Made by a program: the position numbers and the translations under genes. A stretch of DNA of 64,000 nt from Squalus acanthias (taxonomy: Eukaryota), in assembly GCA_030390025.1 (NCBI GenBank), contig CM059433.1, positions 25,484,001 through 25,548,000 on the forward strand. Reading direction: 5' to 3'. Shown piece after piece: positions 13,270 to 23,543 of the stretch (positions are counted from its first letter, which is position 1; each line of letters starts with the position of its first letter). The notes under the pieces were generated by a model that made no database searches, was not told where the DNA came from, and saw nothing but the letters and a program-made list of their open reading frames with translations.

Positions 13270-13487
13270 TTTGCAGGTGCGGGTAATGATTCTGCCATTG
13301 CCATTTACACCTCCTCTAGACCCATCTTTTGTTTCTTTACTTGTCCCATTACCATCTCCTTTTGCCTTGCACCATCATCCCTTTTGTCATTTAATCTCTT
13401 CTGCCTTCCACCCTATTACAGACCTTCCCTTTTGTTCTTTCTTCCCCTCCCCCCTTTCCCTGCCTTTGTTACCTGTTACATCTCTAA
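13270..13487 (+). mobile_element. Penelope-like element 3' UTR fragment
   Basis: Near-identical to 51705-51920 (GATTCTGCCATTGCCATTTACAC...CAGACCTTCCCTTTTG). Confidence 0.85.
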
Positions 13488-13529
13488 CAGGGTGATAGTG
13501 AAACAGGGTGATAGTGAAACAGGGTGCTA

Positions 13530-14400
13530 AGAGGTGTTCACTTGCTCGAGGACACAGGATATGGCAGCATTCTATTCTTCCGTTCCTGATAAAATCAAGG
13601 GGAATATATGGTTAGAGCACAGAGGTGGTGATTGTATTGTGCTGATCCATAAAGAATTCTATGGATGTACAGCTTTCCCAGTAAGCTCAATAACCAGAGA
13701 GAGTAGAATCCTGGCAGATGGTAGCTGGAACAAAACCCATAACTTTTCACATTGTAATGCAGCTGCAATTAGAAATCAGAAGCACATTTTACTCATACTT
13801 GGCAAGGTACAAATGATGATTGCAGGGTTATATATACAGTGGAATGAATACAAATTGCCCCAATCCTAACATTAATAAGAAAGGTGGATTATTTTCAATG
13901 CTATGAACTTTTGAAAGTTGTAATCTTCATTCTCCCTTGTGTTTGTGTAACACTCATCCTATTCAGCATGATTGCAGAGTACAGGCTGTTTTTAAATCAA
14001 AGCAGAAACATGCATTTTGACATTCTCTCCTTCTTAATGGACAACTTTTAGCAAACCGGAGAAGCAAATTATTTGTTTTTCTATTTTCCTTTGACAAGAA
14101 AGTAAAGTTGTGGGAGATGCCGCAGCCACCGACAACAAGAGTTTGGTGCATTCATAGGCAATGCCACATAAATAAATGCCTTGCTTGTAGCAGCTGGACA
14201 TCACTAATACAGAAACTGAGGAAATGTCTTCTGACCCAGTTTCCTGACATATATTCATAGTAATGAGAATGAGACAAAGAAATGAAATACAAATACAATT
14301 TGATTGGCTGCTATTCGCTTAGTTCATTGAAATATCAAAATTAGTTTTTAGATGAGAATTAGTAAGACCGTAATCATGTTTCTCCTGATATTGTTGTTAT
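13530..14400 (+). repeat. Unidentified local tandem unit, copy A (most diverged clear copy)
   Basis: Gap-free ~65% match of 13729-13806 to 18827-18902. ATGAACTTTTGAAAG is shared with 19161. CATCCTATTCA..GATTGCAGAG is shared with ~20237. ATTTG.TTT.CTA.TTTC...AAGAAAGTAA is shared with ~40679. Confidence 0.7.
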
Positions 14401-14827
14401 TATATAGAATTATGTAGAATATACAGCACAGAAACAGGGCATTCGGCCCAACTGGTCCATGATGGCTGCCAGCGTTTTCACAGGTGTCTCTTATCCAGCA
14501 GTGTTGCTATGGGCACAAATGAAGGAAATACTTATTGTGCGTTGCATCATAATACACCCACCCACAAAAGAAACTGCTGACTGGCAAAAAACGGGCCTGG
14601 AACCTGATATAAAGAGGCCCTGCCTTAACTTTCACCCCCACCCATCCAGATCCCAGTGCTGTTACAGTGCAAATGATAAAGTAATTGGGGGCCCATGACT
14701 ACATCGACAGCAGATATGCTTCTCATTATTTTAAAGAGCTGGATCATGTTTCCTCTCCATCTTCCTTCACTAAAGACAAGGTCAGTTCTCAACGTCGCTT
14801 CATTGTGCCTTAAAACTCAGCTACTGC

Positions 14828-15065
14828 GGGGCAGCTGGGTTAGCCATTGACTTTTCACCTTTGTTTAAATCCAGCCCAGATTGATGTGTTGAATATCTCC
14901 TCTGTCTGCGAGCTGTCAAGGTCTTGTGTGGAATGAGTTTGGGCAGTCTCAATTACTTCCCATTGGCTATGGGCCAATGGCACAAAAGTACACTTAATTC
15001 CCCATTAATTGCCAGTCTCATTTGAAAAAGATCACAGAATGGTGCCTTGGGGCTGAGGCCCATTA
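14828..15065 (+). mobile_element. LF-SINE-like element (degenerate)
   Basis: Colinear blocks CTTTTCACCT, GTTTAAATCCAGCCCAG, TGTGGAATGAGTT..CAGTCTCA, CACAAAA and TTGCCAGTCTCA resemble the LF-SINE consensus as recalled. Confidence 0.65.
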
Positions 15066-15399
15066 TTGAACAACATTTGAGACCAAAGCAACTAATCATT
15101 TGAAACATTCTATTAAGTTAAACTGGAACACTATTTCTAAGAGTGAAGCTAGTTTTAACTTCGCCTCGCTCCACACCTGTGATCACCAAATCCCCGCCAT
15201 GATCACCGATCCATCCTCTCCACCGATCGGATCCCCCCCGCGATCGGACACATCCCGCGATCGGATCCCCCGCGATCAGACCATCCCTCACGCGATTGAG
15301 CCCCCCATGATCGGTTCCCCCACGATCCAACCCCCCCCCCCCCCCCGTGATCGAATCCCTCCACGATCAGACCCCACCACGATTGGAACCCCTGACGTG

Positions 15400-17925
15400 A
15401 TACATAGATACATAGATACATAGAAGATAGGAGCAGGAGTAGGCCATCCGGCCCTTCGAGCCTGCTCCGCCATTTAATGAGATCATGGCTGATCCTCCAA
15501 TTCAGTATCCCGTCCCCGCCTTCTCTCCGTAACCCTTAACCCCTTTTGCCTGTAGAAATATATCTAATTCCCTCTTAAATATATTTAATGAGCTGGCGTA
15601 CACTGCCCTCTGTGGCAATGAGTGCCACAGGTTCACCACCCTCTGAGTGAAGAAATTCCCCCTCATTTCTGTCCTAAATGGTTTAGCCCTTATCCTTAAA
15701 TTATGTCCTCTAGTTCTGTTCTCACCCGCCAAGGGAAACATTCCTTCTGCATCTAGTCTGTCTAGACCTGTCAGAATTTTATACACTTCTATGAGGTCCC
15801 CTCTCAATCTTCTAAACTCCAGTGTGTACATCCCTAAACTACATAGTCTCTCCTCATAGGTCAATCCCGCCATTCTTGGTATCAGCCTGGTGAATCGCCG
15901 CTGCACCCCCTCCATGGCAAGAACATCTTTCCTCAGATGAGGCGACCAAAACTGTACACAGTACTCGAGGTGTGGTCTCACCAGTGCCCTGTACAGCTGC
16001 AGCAAGGTATCCCTGTTCCTGTATTCCAACCCTTTTGCTATGAAGGCCAGCATACCGTTTGCCTTCTTGACCGCCTGTTGCACCTGCATGCTCGCCTTCA
16101 GTGACTGGTGTACAAGAACACCCAGGTCTCTCTGTACTTCCCCCTCTCCCAATTTATTGCCATTTAAATAATAATTTGCCCTCCCGTTCCTGCACCCAAG
16201 GTGGATAACTTCGCACTTGTCTACATTATAGTGCATCTGCCATTTATCCGCCCAATCACCCAGTCTGTCCAAATCGCTCTGGAGCTTCCTGGTCTCCTCC
16301 TCTGAGCCCACCCCCCCTCCTAGTTTAGTGTCGTCTGCAAATTTGGAAATGCTGCATCCGACTCCCTGATCCAGGTCATTAATGTAAATTGTGAACAGCT
16401 GGGGACCCAGGACAGATCCCTGTGGTACCCCACTTGTTACTGCCTGCCATTCAGAAAATGAGCCGTTTATTCCAACTCTCTGTTTTCTATCTGACAGCCA
16501 GTTCTCTATCCACGTCAATACTTTCCCCTTTATCCCATGAGCTTCAATTTTCCATGCTAATCTTTTATGTGGGACCTTGTCGAAGGCCTTTTGGAAGTCC
16601 AGGTACACCACATCTACTGGCTCTCCCCCATCTATTTTACCAGTTACTCCCTCAAAAAATTCCAATAGATTAGTCAAGCACGATTTACCCTTTGTAAATC
16701 CATGTTGACTCTGTCCTATCCTGTCCCCATTTGCTAAGTGCTCCGCTATTTCATCCTTAATGATGGACTCCAGCATTTTGCCCACAACTGATGTAAGGCT
16801 TACAGGTCTGTAATTACCTGCTTTTTCCCTACCCCCCTTTTTGAATAGTGGGGTAACGTTAGCTACCCTCCAATCCATGGGCACTGTTCCCGAGTCTAAT
16901 GAATTCTGAAAAATCATACTTAGTGCATCCACTATCTCTAGGGCCACCTCCTTCAGTACCCTAGGATGCATGTTATCAGGCCCTGGGGATTTGTCCGCCT
17001 TCAATCCCTTTAGCTTCCTTAACACCATATCCTTAGAGATATTGATTTGCGTCAGTTCCTCCTTTGCCAATGTCCCTATTTTTCCTGATATCCCAGGGAG
17101 GTTTTTTGTGTCTTCCTTCGTAAAGACTGACCCAAAGTATGCATTTAGTTGGTCTGCCATTTCCTTATTTCCCGTTATATATTCCCCCGTATCTGACTGC
17201 AATGGACCAACTTTGGTTTTCACCAGTCTTTTCCTCATGATATACTTATAAAAGCTTTTGGAGTTAGTTTTTATATTTTCCGCCAGCTTGCTTTCGTAAG
17301 CTATTTTGCCTCTCTTGATTAAGCCCTTTGTCCTCCTTTGCTCTATCTTAAACTGTTCCCAATCTTCCGCTCTGGCGCTTTTTTTGGCTATTTTATACGC
17401 CCTATCTTTGGATTTTATGCTGTCTCTAATTTCCCCTGTTATCCACGGTTGAGTCACCTTTTTAGATTTCCTTTTATGCCAGATTGGTATAAACAATTTT
17501 TGCAATTTTGTCATTCTATCTTTAAATGCTTGCCATTGTTTATCTACCTCCAGTCCTCCCAGGAACGTTGTCCAATCAGACCTACTCAGTTCCCGTCTAA
17601 TGGCATCATAATTCCCCTTGTTTAAATTCAGGACCTTAGTCTCTGAGTCAATTTCTTCGCTCTCCATTTCGAGTGAGAAATCGATCATGTTATGATCGCT
17701 CTGACCCAAGGGTCCCCGTACAACAAGATTACTAATTAGTCCCTTCTCATTGCACAGTACCCAGTCCAATATAGCCTGTTCCCGAGTTGGTTCCTCGACA
17801 TATTGATCCAGATAACCATCCCTTAAACACTCAAGGAATTTCTCCTCCTCATTATTTTTACTGATTAGGCTAGTCCAATCTATATGTAAGTTAAAGTCAC
17901 CTATGATGACAGCTGTGCTCTTATT
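15400..17925 (-). mobile_element. Young CR1 LINE, 5'-truncated
   Basis: Uninterrupted ORF2 and a 3' microsatellite (TATGTATC)n at 15400-15423. Confidence 0.97.
15502..17769 (-). CDS. CR1 ORF2 (endonuclease C-terminus plus complete reverse transcriptase)
   Basis: 755-aa ORF with SDHN, SPGPD, NYRPVSLTS, QHGF, DFQKAFDKV, GVPQGSVLGP and FADD, running to the natural stop. Confidence 0.9.
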   Translation of the reverse strand: MDWVLCNEKGLISNLVVRGPLGQSDHNMIDFSLEMESEEIDSETKVLNLNKGNYDAIRRELSRSDWTTFLGGLEVDKQWQAFKDRMTKLQKLFIPIWHKRKSKKVTQPWITGEIRDSIKSKDRAYKIAKKSARAEDWEQFKIEQRRTKGLIKRGKIAYESKLAENIKTNSKSFYKYIMRKRLVKTKVGPLQSDTGEYITGNKEMADQLNAYFGSVFTKEDTKNLPGISGKIGTLAKEELTQINISKDMVLRKLKGLKADKSPGPDNMHPRVLKEVALEIVDALSMIFQNSLDSGTVPMDWRVANVTPLFKKGGREKAGNYRPVSLTSVVGKMLESIIKDEIAEHLANGDRIGQSQHGFTKGKSCLTNLLEFFEGVTGKIDGGEPVDVVYLDFQKAFDKVPHKRLAWKIEAHGIKGKVLTWIENWLSDRKQRVGINGSFSEWQAVTSGVPQGSVLGPQLFTIYINDLDQGVGCSISKFADDTKLGGGVGSEEETRKLQSDLDRLGDWADKWQMHYNVDKCEVIHLGCRNGRANYYLNGNKLGEGEVQRDLGVLVHQSLKASMQVQQAVKKANGMLAFIAKGLEYRNRDTLLQLYRALVRPHLEYCVQFWSPHLRKDVLAMEGVQRRFTRLIPRMAGLTYEERLCSLGMYTLEFRRLRGDLIEVYKILTGLDRLDAEGMFPLAGENRTRGHNLRIRAKPFRTEMRGNFFTQRVVNLWHSLPQRAVYASSLNIFKRELDIFLQAKGVKGYGEKAGTGY

Positions 17926-18597
17926 GCCCCCCCCCTCCCCCGCACGATCAGAATAACCTCACGGTATCACCAACCCCCTCCCAGTGATCACCGACCCCCC
18001 CCATCTCTGCCCCCGCTCTGTCTCCAACCCCTCCACAATCACCCCCGATTATCCCCTCCAAACCACTCTGTTACCCCCCTCACCCCCCTTGCGACCTCTA
18101 AGCAGCAGGAAAGCACTACAGCATTCCCCGCCTGACAGGGAGCCAAGCCTATCAATCAGGCTGGCTTCCAGGCGTGGAACCTGGTAAAAAAAACACACAC
18201 GCCATTGAGCTACACTGTGTTCGCAACCAGAATTCCTGCCCCCAGCTTGGAAATCCTGCCCCAGTAAATATCAGGGCCATTGTTTCTGCTATTCTCTAAA
18301 TCCTCTCAAATGCAACAATGTACTCAAAAGATAAGGGGGTCAAAATGCTCTGGGGCTGCCACCATAATTCTGGTGTGAGACCAGTGACTTTTGGGTAAAA
18401 AAAGGGTCCAATATAGTGTGCGGTGTGCACATGCTCAGTGAATGCTGGGATCAGATTACTTGGGCCCAAAGCAGCCAATCCAGTGATCTTAAAGGAACCG
18501 CTGGAGGTTGCCACCAAAATGTAAAGTACATCAATGTCCCCGCTGGCCAACTTTCCTCCTCTTTGCAACTGGTGCTCTGTCTCTTGGGGTGTGACGA

Positions 18598-20465
18598 GCA
18601 CACCGGTTGCATCCTCATGATGTAAGTGGACCAATATCACATGGTGCTCTTGTACACCAATTTTGGCACATTATCGATGTTGAGTCATGCCCAAATTCGA
18701 GCGCAAAGCTAATCCCTAGGCCAAAATGTCAAATATGGACTCACCAGTGATCTACACAAAATTAGAATCACTTGTTTCAACTCAGGTTTCACCCAAACTT
18801 TTTAGCACTTCCAAATCAAGGTCAAAGTAAATCTGTAGCTTCTCAAACACTAATGGAATTGCAGATGGGAATCAGAGGCAGACTTTACTTTCTCTTTGCA
18901 TGAAATGAATAAGCTTTAATATCCAGCAACCTACAAATTATGATTACAAGATTATAGTTTATCCGCAGTTGTGCTCTCATGAGAGATTCAAAGTACATCA
19001 TTTGACAGCTAGAGCAATTAAATGTAAGCTTGACAAATAAGAAATGAGATTGTTTCTATAACTTACACTCCACAACTAACTTTCAACTTCAGAGTGAAGA
19101 CAGGTTGCCTGAGTCCAAGTAATAATAGAATGGAATCATGCAAAATCTCAAACTCAAATAATGAACTTTTGAAAGAACATAAGAACATAAGAAATAGGAG
19201 CAGGAGTAGGCCAATCGGCCCCTCGAGCCTGCTCCGCCATTCAATAAGATCATGGCTGATCTGATCCTAACCTCAAATCTAAAGAACACAAGAAGTAGGA
19301 GCAGGACCCGGCCACTCAGCCACTGGGCCCGCTCCGCCACCCACAGGGCCCTGACCGATCCGAACTCAGCCTCATGTCCAATTTCCTGCCCGCTCACCGT
19401 AACCCCTAATTCCCTTTACCTCTGGGAAACTATCTATTTCTGTTTTAAATTTATTTAATGATGTAGCTTCCACAGCTTCCTGGGGCAGCAAATTCCACAG
19501 ACCTACCCTCTGAGTGAAGAAGTTTCTCCTCATCTCAGTTTTGAAAGAGCAGCCTCTTATTCTAAGATTATGCCCCCTAGTTCTAGTTTAACCCATCCTT
19601 GGGAACATCCTTACAGCATCCACCCGATCAAGCCCCTTCACAATCTTATATGTTTCAATAAGATCGCCTCTCATTCTTCTGAACTCCAATGAGTAGAGTC
19701 CCAATCTACTCAACCTCTCCTCATATGTCCACCCCCTCATCCCCGGGATTAACCGAGTGAACCTTCTTTGTACTGCCTCGAGAGCAAGTATGTCTTTTCT
19801 TAAGTATGGACACCAAAACTGTATGCAGTATTCCAGGTGCGGTCTTACCAATACCTTATATAACTGCAGCAATACCTCCCTGTTTTTATAATCTATCCCC
19901 CTAGCAATAAAAGCCAACATTCCGTTGGCCTTCTTGATCACCTGCTGCACCTGCATACTAACTTTTTGATTTTCTTGCACTAGGACCCCCAGATCCCTTT
20001 GTACTGCAGTACTTTCCAGTTTCTCGCCATTAAGATAATAACTTGCTCTCTGATTTTTCCTGCCAAAGTGCATAACCTCACATTTTCCAATCTTGTATTG
20101 CATCTGCCAAATCTCCGCCCACTCACCCAGCCTGTCTATATCCCCTTGCAGGTTTTTTATGTCCTCCTCACTTTCTACTTTCCCTCCCATCTTTGTAGTA
20201 ATCTTTTTTAGTTCTTTGTGTGATTGTGGAAACATTCATCCTATTCAAACAGGATTGCAGAGCAGAGACTGCTTCTCATGTCAAAGCATTATTCTGGGAC
20301 TTGTCTGCAGTAAGTCATCATTATCTTCTTTTTTCACTCATTTCTTCCTTTCTAGTTTAGCTAACTTCGCTGTACTGTAATTTTTTTCTGTTAACTGTTA
20401 TACTACACTTTACTTAGCACAAAGAAATTTCTACTATTCACACTTTATGGAGCAGAGCTTTCAAG
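18598..20465 (+). repeat. Unidentified local tandem unit, copy B (split by the CR1 at 19173-20195)
   Basis: 18598-19160 and 20196-20465 are roughly 93-95% identical by eye to 35962-36484 and 37904-38192. Confidence 0.92.
19173..20195 (-). mobile_element. CR1 LINE 3' fragment
   Basis: ORF 19588-20235 (LQGDIDRLGEWA, RPHLEYC, RRMRGDLIE) and an (AAGAACAT)n tail. Absent from paralogous copy C. Confidence 0.95.
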
Positions 20466-21020
20466 ATCTTTCAAGAAGCTTCTTGACAGATCCAACGCAT
20501 CCCCGGGAAAAGGGCATCCGCGGGCAGAGAGTTGGAGCGTAAGACTTTAAAAAAACATAAAAATAAAGTTTTATCAATCATTTATACATTAAAAAACCTG
20601 TACAATAAGGTAAGTTTATTTTTAGCCCCTTTAAAACATTAAAATTTATTTTCAAAAAAATTAATTTTTGTTTTAAATATTTAATTAAATGGCATTTTAA
20701 TTAATTTTAAATATGTTATTTAAAAAAATGTATTTGATGTGTGGATGTATTTTTTGGGGTATTTCCATTCATGCTTATGGGGTTTCCATACATAAGCATG
20801 AATGGTGTCTCCCTTCTGCCATTCGTTGGGCAGGCCCACATGATCCCAGGGGAGCTTGCGAACCGCGTGCACCCGGGATACGTGGGCCTCTACCCGCGGG
20901 TACCCGGAGAGGCCCAGGACCGCAAGTCTCTGCACCTCCCGGACCACCAGGTACACGGGCATTTTATTTGCGGATCGGAGGCATTGCCCTGCAGGAAGCC
21001 TCCGACCGCAAATTCAAGGC
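20466..21020 (-). mobile_element. MITE-like element, inverted relative of 71-400 and 1260-1330
   Basis: Reverse-complement homology; ends CCGCAAATTCAAGGC. Confidence 0.7.
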
Positions 21021-21099
21021 TGTTATCAAGATCCTTTTCTGAGGTGTCACTCAGGTACACAGACATGTCTTAGAACTTTTGTAACTGTCAATTGTGGGA

Positions 21100-22505
21100 T
21101 CTTCAGCAAAAAGGGCATAAGGATAAACCCAGCAATTACAGACCAGTCAGTTTAACCTCAGTAGTGGGGAAGATTTTAGAAATGATAATCCAGGACAAAA
21201 TTAACAGTCACTTGGACAAGTGTGGATTAATCAAGGAAAGTCAGTACGGATTTGTCAAATGTAAATCGTGTTTAACTAACTTGATTGAGGTTTTTGATGA
21301 GGTAACAGAGAGGGTTGATGAGGGCAATGTGGTTGATGTGGTGTACATGGACTATGGACTTCCAAAAGGCATTTGATAAAGTGTCACATAATAGGGGTAG
21401 TGGCAGCATAGATACAAAATTGGTTAAGTGACAGGAAACAGAGAGTAGTGGTGAACGGTTGTTTTTCGGACTGGAGGAAGGTATACAGTGGTGTTCCCCA
21501 GGGGTCAGTACTAGGACCACTGCTTTTCTTGATATATATTAATGACTTGGACTTGGGTGTACAGGGCACAATTTCAAAATTTGCAGATGACACAAAACTT
21601 GGAAGTATAGTGAACAGTGAGGAGGATAGTGATAGACTTCAAGAGGACATAGACAGGCTGGTGGAATGGGCGGATACGTGGCAGATGAAATTTAACACAG
21701 AAAAGTACAAAGTGATACATTTTGGTAGGAAGAACGAGGAAAGGCAATATAAACTAAAGGGTACAATTCTAAAAGGGGTGCAGGAACAGGGAGACCTGGG
21801 GGTATATGTGCACAATTCGATGAAGGTGGCAGGACAGGTTGAGAAAGCGGTTAAAAAAGCATCTGGGATCCTGGGCTTCATAAATAGAGGCATAGAGTAC
21901 AAAAGCAAGGAAGTTATGATGAATCTTTATAAAACACTGGTTTGGCCTCAACTGGAGTATTGTGTTCAATTCTGGGCACCGCACTTTAGGAAGGATGTGA
22001 AGGCCTTAGAGAGGGTGCAGAAAAGATTTACAAGGATGGTTCCAAGGAATGAGGGACTTCAGTTATGTGGATAGACTGGAGAAGCTAGGGTTGTTCTTCT
22101 TCGAGCAGAGAAGGTTGAGAGGAGATTTGGTAGAGGTGTTCAAAATCATGAGGGGTCTGGACAGAGTAGATAGAGAGAAAGCATTCCCATTGGTGGAAGG
22201 GCCGAGAACCAGAGGACACAGATTTAACGTGATTGGCAGAAGAACCAAAGGCGACATGAGGAAAAACTTTTTTACGCAGCGAGTGGTTATGATCTGGAAT
22301 GCAATGCCTGAAAGGGTGGTGGAGGCAGATTCAATCGTGGCTTTCCAAAGGGGATTGGATAAGTACCTGAAGGAAAAGACTTTGCAGGGCTACGGGGAAA
22401 GGGCGGGGGAGTGGGACTAGCTGAAGTGCTCTTGCAGAGAGCCGGACAGGCTCGATGGGCCAAATGGCCTCCCTCTGTGCTGTAACCATTCTTTGGTTCT
22501 GTGAT
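21100..22505 (+). mobile_element. CR1 LINE, 5'-truncated
   Basis: ORFs 21092-21376, 21448-22074 and 22049-22420 with RT motifs; 3' tail GGGCCAAATGGCCTCCCTCTGTGCTGTAACC. Confidence 0.95.
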
Positions 22506-23543
22506 TTTAAGATAGTACCATACTGGTAACAGAATTTATAGAATGTCCTTATTATCATAAGACAGCCTTTCTCAAAGACCCAACGCTGCTTGATTCAACA
22601 AAGAAAAATTCTTTTGTGTTAGGTTGACACAATCTATTTAGTAATAGTGAACTGTCCTTACTCCAAACATTGAAATGATATGAAGCATTTAACCCCTTTG
22701 ATGGAGTACACTCACTTTCAGGACTTTGAGAGCGAGTTTTCTTAAAGCCAAGTTGACTTGATTTGGGAGTGAATGAGAAATTGTGGCCATGAATTTCCTT
22801 CGCCATTGTGCTGGCAAAACAGAGTGGCCACGAAATTCGGTGCCTTTACTTTTGGCCAGTTTTGATTGAAAAATGGCATCCGCCTCGCTTCCGGCACGGC
22901 CCACACTGAACGGCATCTTGGTAAGGGCGATAGCGCGGGTGGTACATGCGTGGGCCGGCAGTATGAAGAGTAGGCAGATCATGGCATCAGTCAGCATGTA
23001 ACGCTTATTTGACACAGGATCTGCCCATTTTCAACGTCGCTGCTCCATTTAATGCCTTCTCCTAAACACGCACAGCTGAACATGCATTTAGCTGCACGAG
23101 TGACCCCAACCAGCGCTACTGAACGATTTAGTTGCTTATTGATATGTACTGGCTTTTGCCGAGTTTGTAGGAGTACGGGGTTGCTGGAAGAGATTTGAAA
23201 AGTTGTTAAAGTATGCAGGGAGTGCTGCTGGACGTTGGGAAGGTGTTGGCTGTTATTAGAAGGCCTCTGACTACACCATTTGCTCCCAGTCAGGGATGCT
23301 CTAGTTGCAGTCCCCCTTGTGCTGTAGCATGACAGGGAGTTGGAATATAGGTAGCAAAGAAAACAAGCTGCTCGCAGAGGAAGGAGGAGGAGGGGGAGCA
23401 GGGCTCTCAGCAGGAGGCCTTACCCACCTGGGATCATCAGGAAGCACTTCTCCTACCTGCACCTAAGACAGGAGCAGTGTGTTCGGCGCCTCCGCTTCAC
23501 CAAGGAGGTAGTCACAGAACTCTGCCACCTCTTGGAACCAGAC

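Larger units (their letters stand above)
15175..18278. mobile_element. Non-autonomous element with GATC/CCCC-rich internal repeats, split by the CR1 at 15400-17925
   Basis: CGATC/C-rich low-complexity tracts on both sides of the CR1 (15180-15395 and 17926-18090). TIR-like end AAATATCAGGGCC. Confidence 0.5.

Noticed and set aside
13534..13869. 111-aa ORF as a host gene or viral protein
   Set aside because: No recognisable domain. Paralogous copies have stops in this frame and substitutions show no synonymous bias.
18730..18830. Ig/TCR J-segment-like reading (FGSA.. and an ACTG|GTGAGT donor on minus)
   Set aside because: No FGxG-T-L-V motif in frame and no heptamer/nonamer RSS at the correct spacing.
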